From assembly GCF_000023205.1 (NCBI RefSeq), contig NC_012803.1:270001-302000 (forward strand): a DNA stretch of 32,000 bases, read 5' to 3'. The position numbers and the translations under genes were made by a program. Below, one piece after another: positions 1 through 6,559 of this stretch (the first letter of the stretch is position 1; each line of letters begins with the position of its first letter). The notes beneath the pieces are model-generated. The model was given only the letters and a program-made list of their open reading frames with translations. It searched no databases and was not told the origin of the DNA. Origin of the DNA: Micrococcus luteus NCTC 2665. Lineage in GTDB: Bacteria; Actinomycetota; Actinomycetes; Actinomycetales; Micrococcaceae.

Positions 1-409
1 CCATGGAGATGATGTCGCGCACGATGCCGCCGATGCCCGTGGCCGCGCCCTGGTAGGGCTCCACGTAGGAGGGCGAGTTGTGGGACTCGACCTTGAACGT
101 CACGGCCCAGCCGTCACCGAGGTCGGTCACGCCGGCGTTCTCGCCGATGCCCACCATCATGTGCTGCTTCATCTCGTCGGTGAGCTTCTCGCCGAACTGG
201 CGCAGGTGCACCTTCGAGGACTTGTACGAGCAGTGCTCGGACCACATGACCGAGTACATGGCCAGCTCGGCCGCGGTGGGGCGGCGGCCGAGGATCTTCT
301 TGATCTCGGCGTACTCGTTCTCCTTCAGGCCCAGCTCGGCCCAGGGCTGCTCGACGTCCGGCGTCGCCTGCGCGTCCGCGACCGTCTCGATGTTGAACTG
401 CTGGCTCAT
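1..409 (-). CDS. purL: phosphoribosylformylglycinamidine synthase subunit PurL, N-terminal fragment (continues past window start)
   Basis: Hand translation of minus strand from ATG (cat 407-409): [69 protein letters not shown]...[28 protein letters not shown], the canonical PurL N-terminus. ATGA start/stop overlap with purQ. Absent from ORF track because it is open-ended. Confidence 0.9.
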   Translation of the reverse strand, partial: MSQQFNIETVADAQATPDVEQPWAELGLKENEYAEIKKILGRRPTAAELAMYSVMWSEHCSYKSSKVHLRQFGEKLTDEMKQHMMVGIGENAGVTDLGDGWAVTFKVESHNSPSYVEPYQGAATGIGGIVRDIISM

Positions 410-1200
410 GCATGGCCTCCACGGCTGGCGAGGGTGGTCAGGACGGAGGTGAAGAAGCCGAGGCCGTCCACGCCGGAGCGGGGGCCGGCGGCGGTGTCCG
501 GGCCGAAGCCCGTCTCCACGGCGTGCTCCGGGTGCGGCATCAGGCCGACGACGTTGCCGGCCGGGTTCGCGATGCCCGCGATGTCCCGGCGCGAGCCGTT
601 CGGGTTCCAGCCCCGATAGCGGAACACCACGCGGCCCTCGGCCTCGAGGGCGTCGAGGGTCTTCTCGTCCGCCACGTACTGGCCGTCCTGGTTCTTCAGC
701 GGCACGGTGATGGTCTGACCCTGCTCGAAGTCGCGGGTCCACACGGTGTCCGTGCTCTCCACGACCAGCTCCTGGTCGCGGCAGATGAAGTGCAGGTGGT
801 CGTTCTTGATCATCGAGCCCGGCAGCAGGTGCGACTCGGTGAGGATCTGGAAGCCGTTGCAGATGCCGAGCACCGGCAGGCCGTCCGCGTCGCCCTCGGG
901 GCCGCCGGCCGCCGTCGCCACCGCGTCCATCATGGGGGCGAAGCGCGCGATCGCGCCGGCGCGCAGGTAGTCGCCGTAGGAGAAGCCGCCCGGGATCACG
1001 ACGGCGTCGACGCCGGCGAGCGTCCGCTGCGGGTCCGCGTCGGCGTGCCACAGGGAGACGGGCTCGGCGCCGGCGAGGCGGACGGCGCGCAGCGCGTCCA
1101 CGTCGTCCAGGGTGCCGGGGAAGGTGATGACGCCGATGCGCGCGCCGCTGAGCGGCGTCGCCGGCGTCGAGTAGTCGCCGATGAGGGGGAGCTCGGTCAT
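406..1200 (-). CDS. purQ: phosphoribosylformylglycinamidine synthase subunit PurQ (glutamine amidotransferase)
   Basis: 264-aa ORF with [37 protein letters not shown] (nucleophile Cys) and GLMPHPEH motifs. ATGA overlaps with purS upstream and purL downstream. Confidence 0.95.
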   Translation of the reverse strand: MTELPLIGDYSTPATPLSGARIGVITFPGTLDDVDALRAVRLAGAEPVSLWHADADPQRTLAGVDAVVIPGGFSYGDYLRAGAIARFAPMMDAVATAAGGPEGDADGLPVLGICNGFQILTESHLLPGSMIKNDHLHFICRDQELVVESTDTVWTRDFEQGQTITVPLKNQDGQYVADEKTLDALEAEGRVVFRYRGWNPNGSRRDIAGIANPAGNVVGLMPHPEHAVETGFGPDTAAGPRSGVDGLGFFTSVLTTLASRGGHA

Positions 1201-1463
1201 CGGGCGCCCTCGGCCTCGTCCAGGACGGCCACGTTCACGACGTCCTCGATGACGGGGTTGGACAGCATCTCCTCGGCGGCCGTGCGGGCCTGGGCGAGGA
1301 TCTCGTCGGTGACCTCGCCCTCCACGGTGAGCTCGAAGCGCTTGCCCTGGCGGACCTGGCTGAACTCGGTGAAGCCGAGGCGGGGCAGGGCCCCGTTGAT
1401 CGCCTTGCCCTGCGGATCGAGGATCTCGGGCTTGGGCATGACGTCGACGACGATGATGGGCAT
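1197..1463 (-). CDS. purS: phosphoribosylformylglycinamidine synthase subunit PurS
   Basis: Internal ATG (cat 1461-1463) of ORF 1197..1640 gives [31 protein letters not shown]..., a typical 88-aa PurS. AGGAGC Shine-Dalgarno lies ~7 nt upstream. The longer 147-aa reading has an Arg/Pro-rich non-protein-like N-terminus. Confidence 0.9.
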   Translation of the reverse strand: MPIIVVDVMPKPEILDPQGKAINGALPRLGFTEFSQVRQGKRFELTVEGEVTDEILAQARTAAEEMLSNPVIEDVVNVAVLDEAEGAR

Positions 1464-1626
1464 GAACACGCTCCTGGGTGCGGGACGATGCCGCGGAGCA
1501 GGACGGTGTGATGCCGTCTCACGCCCGGCCCGGTGCGCTCCGCGTGCTTGCCCGCCCAGTCTACTCGGCCGCCCGGACGCGGAATCGGGGGTGTGACGGG
1601 GGCGGCACGCGGCAGCCGGCCCGGCG

Positions 1627-1632
1627 TAGCCT
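1627..1632 (+). promoter_or_regulatory. candidate -10 box TAGCCT placed 6 nt before ATG 1639 (leaderless-type arrangement)
   Basis: TAGCCT fits the actinobacterial TANNNT consensus. A 6-nt gap to the start codon leaves no room for an SD. No clear -35. Confidence 0.3.
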
Positions 1633-1638
1633 GGCGGC

Positions 1639-1803
1639 ATGAGACCTCAGCAGACCCGTGTGTCCCCGCTCGGTCGACGTCGGCCGATCAGTCCGCTCGG
1701 CCCTGCGCTGCTCGCCGCGGCGGCCGGCGTCGTGCTGACGGGAGTGCGCCGCATCAAGGCCCGGTCCGCCCGGCGTCGCGCGGCCGGACGCCCGCGCCGG
1801 TGA
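1639..1803 (+). CDS. candidate small membrane protein (54 aa), hypothetical
   Basis: Hand translation: MRPQQTRVSPLGRRRPISPLGPALLAAAAGVVLTGVRRIKARSARRRAAGRPRR*. It has one hydrophobic segment flanked by Arg. G/C third positions are enriched in the last ~34 codons. The stop TGA overlaps the GTG start of the next gene (GTGA). Too short for the ORF track. Confidence 0.35.
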   Translation: MRPQQTRVSPLGRRRPISPLGPALLAAAAGVVLTGVRRIKARSARRRAAGRPRR

Positions 1804-2246
1804 CCCGTCCCGAGCCCTGCCCCTGCGGGTCCGGAGCCGGACTCGCGACGTGCTGCGGTCGCCTGCACGCGCGTTTCGCCCAGGACGGCGCCCTGACCGC
1901 GCCCACCGCCGAGGCGCTCATGCGTTCCCGGTACACGGCGTTCGCGCGGCTGGGCGAGACCGAGACGGCAGAGGCCCGGGCGATGGCCGACTACCTCGCC
2001 GCGACCTGGGCCCCCGAGCACCGGCCCACCGCGGCCGAGCTGCTGCCGGGCGCGGGGGAACAGGCGCCGCGGTTCACCCGCCTGGCGGTGCTGGACGTGC
2101 GCGACGGCGGGCCGTTCCAGGACGCCGGGACCGTGGAGTTCGTGGCCGTCGGCGCGGGGGCCGAGGGGCGGTTCCGACTCCATGAGGTCAGCCGGTTCCG
2201 CCGTGAGGACGGGATCTGGCGCTACGTGGACGGCGACGTGCGCTGA
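1800..2246 (+). CDS. YchJ/UPF0225-like protein with N-terminal SEC-C metal-binding motif
   Basis: PCPCGSGAGLATCCG SEC-C motif followed by LMRSRYTAF...VEFVA...HEVSRFRREDGIWRYVDG, an NTF2-like YchJ core. Start set at in-frame GTG 1800, just before the motif. The upstream part of ORF 1533..2246 is Arg/Pro-rich and not protein-like. Confidence 0.75.
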   Translation: MTRPEPCPCGSGAGLATCCGRLHARFAQDGALTAPTAEALMRSRYTAFARLGETETAEARAMADYLAATWAPEHRPTAAELLPGAGEQAPRFTRLAVLDVRDGGPFQDAGTVEFVAVGAGAEGRFRLHEVSRFRREDGIWRYVDGDVR

Positions 2247-2283
2247 GGCCGGGGCGGGTCGGACGGCGGCCGGCAGTGACGCG

Positions 2284-2439
2284 TCAGAAGGCCGAGAAGA
2301 TCCCGGCGCCCACGCTGAGGACCAGGCCCAGGATGGCGATCCACGCCACCAGGGTGACGATCGGACGGGGGCGACGCGGGGCGTCGTCGTGCCAGTCCAC
2401 GCCCTCCAGCTCCGGAGGGGTGCGCAGCTCTCGATCCAT
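2284..2439 (-). CDS. candidate small membrane protein (51 aa), hypothetical
   Basis: Hand translation from ATG (cat 2437-2439): MDRELRTPPELEGVDWHDDAPRRPRPIVTLVAWIAILGLVLSVGAGIFSAF*. About 90 percent G/C at third positions by my count. GAGAGG SD-like sequence upstream. One clear TM helix. Below the ORF-track cutoff. Confidence 0.55.
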   Translation of the reverse strand: MDRELRTPPELEGVDWHDDAPRRPRPIVTLVAWIAILGLVLSVGAGIFSAF

Positions 2440-2473
2440 GGCCCCAGCCTCTCACGCCCCACGCCGCCCCGGG

Positions 2474-2540
2474 CTCAACGCGGGTTGACTTGTCACGGGT
2501 GCTGGGCGCCCGGACCCGCGACAACTCAACCCGCGTTGCC
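2474..2540. repeat. palindromic element copy 1 (PE1): 24-nt arms 2477-2500 / 2514-2537 around a GGGCGCCC-centred loop
   Basis: Left arm is AACGCGGGTTGACTTGTCACGGGT. The reverse complement of the right arm is AACGCGGGTTGAGTTGTCGCGGGT (22/24). It aligns 48/59 with the copy at 4436-4494. Confidence 0.8.
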
Positions 2541-2729
2541 GTCTGGGGTGAACAGGTCCTCGATCCGCCGCCCGAACACGGCCGCGAGGCGGAAGGCGAG
2601 GGGGAGCGAGGGGTCGTAGCGGCCCTTCTCGAGAGAGATGACGGTCTGCCGGGAGACGCCGAGCTCGTCGGCGAGCCGCTGCTGCGACCAGCCGAGGCGG
2701 GCACGCTCGTCGGGGATGGTGTTCTCCAC
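2526..2729 (-). CDS. XRE-family (HTH_3) transcriptional regulator, 67 aa
   Basis: MENTIPDERARLGWSQQRLADELGVSRQTVISLEKGRYDPSLPLAFRLAAVFG, a typical Cro/C1 HTH with the KG(K/R)YDPSL signature. GTG start lies 3 nt after the stop of the upstream membrane gene. Confidence 0.85.
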   Translation of the reverse strand: MENTIPDERARLGWSQQRLADELGVSRQTVISLEKGRYDPSLPLAFRLAAVFGRRIEDLFTPDGNAG

Positions 2730-2732
2730 GGC

Positions 2733-3296
2733 TCAGCCCCGGCGCTTCTGGAGCGCGTAGCGGACGGCCACCGAGGCGCCCGCGAAGAGGAGCAGCCCGG
2801 CGCCCACGAGGGGGAGGCTGAGCTGCCACCCCGCCAGGGCGACGACGAACGTGCCCAGCCCCAGCACCACGAGCAGGTCGCCGAACGCGCCGGACTGCGC
2901 CCTCTCGAGCCACCGGCCCTCGATGGTCTCCTCGGTGTCCCGGACGGCGCCGCGCAGGGTGGTGCGGTCCACGAGGAACAGCCAGGCAAGGGCTGCGCCG
3001 GCCGGGAGCGCCGACGCCGCCATGACCGCGCCCATGACCGTCGGGAAGCGGGGATCGGCGTCGCCCTGGCTCGAGGCCAGACCGTAGGCCGCGGCCCCGA
3101 TCAGCAGGGCGATGACGACGCCGGCCACGAGGCTGACGAGGATCAGTCGCCCGGATCCGCCGCCCAGACGGGAGGAGCGGCCCCAGCGGGAGCGGGTGTC
3201 CCGGCGCGGATCGGTGGTGGCGGTGCCGGCGTGCTCCGCCGCGGCGCCCTGGCTGTCCGCTGCGGCGGCGGTGTGGTGGGAGTGGTTCGCGGTCAT
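2733..3296 (-). CDS. integral membrane protein (about 4 TM), His-rich N-terminus, hypothetical
   Basis: Start at the internal ATG (cat 3294-3296) preceded by AGGAGG 4 nt upstream, giving MTANHSHHTAAAAD.... Four hydrophobic stretches: LILVSLVAGVVIALLIGAAAYGL, VMGAVMAASALPAGAALAWLFLV, FGDLLVVLGLGTFVVALAGW, LPLVGAGLLLFAGASVAV. Confidence 0.6.
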   Translation of the reverse strand: MTANHSHHTAAAADSQGAAAEHAGTATTDPRRDTRSRWGRSSRLGGGSGRLILVSLVAGVVIALLIGAAAYGLASSQGDADPRFPTVMGAVMAASALPAGAALAWLFLVDRTTLRGAVRDTEETIEGRWLERAQSGAFGDLLVVLGLGTFVVALAGWQLSLPLVGAGLLLFAGASVAVRYALQKRRG

Positions 3297-3385
3297 GGGG
3301 CCCTCCTGTGGTCGATGCCCTGGGCCGATGGCCCGGCCCGCCTCGGAGGCACTGGGGGCCGTCCGACCGGACGTTGTGAAGCAAG

Positions 3386-3424
3386 CTTGACAGTCAAGTG
3401 ATCTTGTCGTCAAGGGAACTTGAC
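3386..3424. promoter_or_regulatory. cluster of TTGAC/GTCAA half-sites (two short palindromes), operator-like
   Basis: CTTGAC-A-GTCAAG at 3386-3398 and GTCAAG-GGAA-CTTGAC at 3409-3424. Locally AT-richer than the surroundings. It spans the stop codon (3394-3396) of the DUF952-GNAT gene and lies ~90 nt upstream of the membrane/XRE genes. Confidence 0.35.
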
Positions 3425-4386
3425 TCTGGGGCCCGCACGAACTCCTCCCACGTCATGGGCGGGGTCAGCCCGAGCCAGGCAGGTTCGAGACGGAACCCGA
3501 GGGCCGTGTTCATCCGCAGGGCCGCCGCATTGGCCTCGGCCCCGCCGGTGCCCCACTCGCGCCCACCGCGGGCATGGGTCGCCAGGACGGTCGCCGCCTT
3601 GACGGCCTTCGCCACGCCACGGTTCTCGTGCTCGGCCGCGACCGCGGTGCGGTCGACCTCCCACCGGTCAGGGGAGCGGAACGTCAGGGTGAATCCGATG
3701 AGCACGCCTCCCACGAAGGCCCCCACGGCGAGCCCCTCTGGGGTGGACAGTCGGGCCTCGAGGTCGTCCGGCAGCGGCTCGTGACGGGAGCCGTCGGTGT
3801 GCGGGAATCGGGGAGCCGCGTCCTCGTCGAGGGCGCGCAGGGCAGGCAGGTCGACGGAGGTCAGTCTCCGCACCTCGATTCCCCGCGCTTCGGCCGCCGC
3901 GACGTGGCCACGGTAGGGCGCCAGGTCGGCGTCGTCGTCGAGGTGGAGGCGCGCGCCCCAGGAGCGGGAGCGCACGCTCCACCCGGCGTCGAGCAGCGCA
4001 GCGGCCTCGGCCGAGTCTTCGCGGTGCACGCGGGCTTCCGCCCGTGGGTCGGTCACGGGGGTGAGCATCGACCACGGGATGTGCCCGGAGACGGCCTCGC
4101 CCGGATAGACGTGCGGGAACTCGGCCGAGTGGGGATCGGAGGGGTCTCCCGGCTCGCGCCGCACCCGCATGCCGGCCCCCGCCAGTTCGTCCTCGTCCAG
4201 GCCGACGACGAACGCGTCCGGCCGGTCCGGGTAGATCGCCGCGCCGACCACTCCCACCTGGGCGGCGTCGTCGGAGGCATGGAGGAAGCCGACGTCGTCG
4301 ATCGAGGCGCCGCGCGTCGACGCCGTGTAGCGGCCGATGCGCCGCGCGGCGGCCCAGTCCTCCGGGAGGGTGATGTGCAGGATCAT
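3394..4386 (-). CDS. DUF952-like N-terminal domain fused to a GNAT-type acetyltransferase domain (330 aa)
   Basis: The N-terminus MILHITLPEDWAAA...GFLHAS...FPHVYPG resembles the DUF952 pattern. The C-terminus AVAAEHENRGVAKAVKAATV...ANAAALRMNTALGF resembles GNAT motif A/B. It is a single uninterrupted ORF. Confidence 0.7.
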   Translation of the reverse strand: MILHITLPEDWAAARRIGRYTASTRGASIDDVGFLHASDDAAQVGVVGAAIYPDRPDAFVVGLDEDELAGAGMRVRREPGDPSDPHSAEFPHVYPGEAVSGHIPWSMLTPVTDPRAEARVHREDSAEAAALLDAGWSVRSRSWGARLHLDDDADLAPYRGHVAAAEARGIEVRRLTSVDLPALRALDEDAAPRFPHTDGSRHEPLPDDLEARLSTPEGLAVGAFVGGVLIGFTLTFRSPDRWEVDRTAVAAEHENRGVAKAVKAATVLATHARGGREWGTGGAEANAAALRMNTALGFRLEPAWLGLTPPMTWEEFVRAPESSSLDDKIT

Positions 4387-4392
4387 GGCGCG

Positions 4393-4398
4393 AGGCTA
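4393..4398 (-). promoter_or_regulatory. candidate -10 box TAGCCT, 6 nt upstream of ATG 4386 (leaderless-type)
   Basis: Minus strand reads GATAGCCTcgcgccATG. Same hexamer and spacing as at 1627-1632. No SD. Confidence 0.35.
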
Positions 4399-4433
4399 TC
4401 GGCCCCGGCGTCGACGCCACCCCTCCGGCTGCC

Positions 4434-4494
4434 CATCGCGGGTTGAGTTGTCGGGGGTGTGGGGCGGGGGCACCCGCGATAACTCAACCAGCGT
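4434..4494. repeat. palindromic element copy 2 (PE2): arms 4436-4458 / 4470-4492
   Basis: CGCGGGTTGAGTTGTCGGGGGTG ... CACCCGCGATAACTCAACCAGCG (about 20/23 complementary). 48/59 identical to PE1. Confidence 0.8.
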
Positions 4495-4516
4495 TCCAGG
4501 GCCGCCCCGGGCGCGA

Positions 4517-4561
4517 CGACGGCCCGGCGTCTCCGCCCGCGGGGGAGCCGCCGGGCCGTCG
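4517..4561 (-). terminator. GC-rich hairpin downstream of the aminopeptidase gene
   Basis: Perfect 13-bp arms CGACGGCCCGGCG (4517-4529) / CGCCGGGCCGTCG (4549-4561) with a partially self-complementary loop, 32 nt after the stop. No U-tract, which is common in high-GC actinobacteria. Confidence 0.55.
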
Positions 4562-4592
4562 GGGGCGGACCGGGTTCCGGGTGCCCGGGCCG

Positions 4593-6464
4593 TCAGTCCT
4601 CCAGGAAGGCCTCGACGTCCGGGGTCACCGCGCGGGAGTCGATCAGCTGACGCTCGATCGCGTCGTGGGTGATGCGGTTGGCCTCGCGCACGGCGTCGGT
4701 GCGCATCGAGATCTTGATGTCGCCCTTGTGGGTCGGGGTCCCAGCCACCTGGACCGGCTGGGTCTCGAGCGGCAGCGGGACGGCGTCGCACAGTGACTTC
4801 TCGGCCGGCTGGGCGCCGGTCAGGAAGTAGTCACGGATGGGCGCGTCCACGCACTCGGTGCCGTACGGGAACAGGCCGTGAGTGCCCTCGTTGTCCACGG
4901 AGATGAGGGACGTGTTGCGCAGCACGCCGGCGGCGCGGTGGCCGCCTTCGTACGGGGTCGCCGCGTCCAGCTCGGACTGCACGATCACGGTGCTCGGGGC
5001 GCCCTTGCCGCCGGGCTGGGAGGGCATGGAGGTCTGGGCGGGCCAGTACATGCACTCCGACGGGCCCATCAGCACACCGATCCACGGGGCCTTGCGGCCG
5101 AGGTCGTCCACCCACGAGGTCCAGTAGCCCTGCGAGGTGTTCCACTGGCCGTCCTGGCACCGGATCGCCGAGAACGCGCCCTCGAAGGTGACGGCGTCTC
5201 CGGCCTGGGTGGCGGCGACGAGCTGCTCGCGCTCGCCCACGGTCTCCAGGCCGCGGTCGGCGAAGCGGTCGAAGGAGTCGCGCTCCTCGGTCGGCAGCGA
5301 CGCACGGGCCTCGGCCAGGATGCGCTCGATCTGGGTGCGCTGCCCCGCGGGGTCCGTGGCCGCGGCCTCGGACTCCATGATGCGGATGTAGGCGGCGATG
5401 ACCGCCCCGGCGCTCATGTACTGGGAGGTGTCGTACATGGCCGGCAGCAGGAACGAGCCGGCGACGATCATGCCGAGCTGCGTGCGGGTGCCGCCGCCGT
5501 CCTCCCAGCGCTCCCGGATCTGCATCGGGTCGTCGCCCAGGAAGTAGAGCTCATCGTGCCGGGCCACGTAGGGGAGCATCGCGTCCTGGAACTGGCGGTC
5601 GCGGGAGCGCGGCTGCAGGTCCCAGGTGGTCTGGAGGCCGTCGCGGGAGATGTCCACGGCGGAGTCCAGCAGGAACCGGTGCGTGTGCTGGGGGAAGACG
5701 CGCTGGTACCAGCTGCCCAGCCAGGTGCCGTACGAGTAGCCGATGTAGGAGGTCTTCTCCTCGCCCAGGACGGCGCGGATGAAGTCCATGTCGTACACGG
5801 TCTGCTCGGTGGTGATGTACGGGGTGAGCTCGTTCTCGAGGCACGCGTCGACCTGGGCCTTCGTGTCCTGCCACACGTCGTGCTCGGGGTTTGGCGTGTA
5901 GGTGCACTCCAGGGCGGTGGACTGGCCCACGCCGCGGGGGTCGAAGCCGATGAAGTCGTACTGCTCGGCGAGCTCCGGGGCGCGCTCGGCCATGGCGGGA
6001 CCCCAGGGCAGGCCCGAGCCGCCCGGGCCGCCGGGGTTGACCAGCGCGATGCCCTGGCGCTCCGGGTTGCCCTTCGAGGTCTCGGTCTTGGCCGCGCGCA
6101 GGGTGATGGTGTGGCCGTCCTCGGGGTTCTTCCAGTCGCGGGGCACCGTGACGTCGGCGCACGCGGTGCCGGGGATCGCGTTGAACCGGGCGTTGAGGCT
6201 CTCGCTGCCGAAGTCGCAGGCCTCCCAGTCCAGCGTCTGGCCCACGAGGTGCGGCGCAAGCGCGGCGGCGTCGTTGACCTTGTTGCCGCGCGTGGCGGAG
6301 AGGTCGTTGGAGCGGGCCTGGCCCTGCGATACGGACCCCTTGCCGTTGCCGTTGCCGTTGCCGGGTGCGGAGAGCGCGGGGGCGGCGGCCGTGATGGCGA
6401 GTGAGACGGCCGCGACGGCGGCGGCGAGCGTGGTGCGGCGGCGAGCTGGAACGGTTCTGGTCAC
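4593..6464 (-). CDS. secreted alpha/beta-hydrolase, tripeptidyl-aminopeptidase (Tap, S33)-like
   Basis: N-terminal RRR-containing signal peptide (MTRTVPARRRTTLAAAVAAVSLAITAAAPALSA), NPGGPGGSG, and GYSYGT nucleophile elbow. The 623-aa size and overall layout resemble Streptomyces Tap-type peptidases. GTG start with GAGGA SD. Confidence 0.8.
   Translation of the reverse strand: MTRTVPARRRTTLAAAVAAVSLAITAAAPALSAPGNGNGNGKGSVSQGQARSNDLSATRGNKVNDAAALAPHLVGQTLDWEACDFGSESLNARFNAIPGTACADVTVPRDWKNPEDGHTITLRAAKTETSKGNPERQGIALVNPGGPGGSGLPWGPAMAERAPELAEQYDFIGFDPRGVGQSTALECTYTPNPEHDVWQDTKAQVDACLENELTPYITTEQTVYDMDFIRAVLGEEKTSYIGYSYGTWLGSWYQRVFPQHTHRFLLDSAVDISRDGLQTTWDLQPRSRDRQFQDAMLPYVARHDELYFLGDDPMQIRERWEDGGGTRTQLGMIVAGSFLLPAMYDTSQYMSAGAVIAAYIRIMESEAAATDPAGQRTQIERILAEARASLPTEERDSFDRFADRGLETVGEREQLVAATQAGDAVTFEGAFSAIRCQDGQWNTSQGYWTSWVDDLGRKAPWIGVLMGPSECMYWPAQTSMPSQPGGKGAPSTVIVQSELDAATPYEGGHRAAGVLRNTSLISVDNEGTHGLFPYGTECVDAPIRDYFLTGAQPAEKSLCDAVPLPLETQPVQVAGTPTHKGDIKISMRTDAVREANRITHDAIERQLIDSRAVTPDVEAFLED
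6340..6363. repeat. hexanucleotide microsatellite (TTGCCG)x4
   Basis: Perfect four-unit tandem repeat. On the coding strand it encodes GNGNGNGK immediately after the predicted signal-peptide cleavage region. Confidence 0.9.
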
Positions 6465-6559
6465 GTCAGGTCCTCGAGTCGTTCGGTGCGGAGAGGGCCG
6501 GGGCGGTCACCGGATGACGCGAGTGATGCGCCTCACAGCCTGTGTGGAAGCCATCGTAA

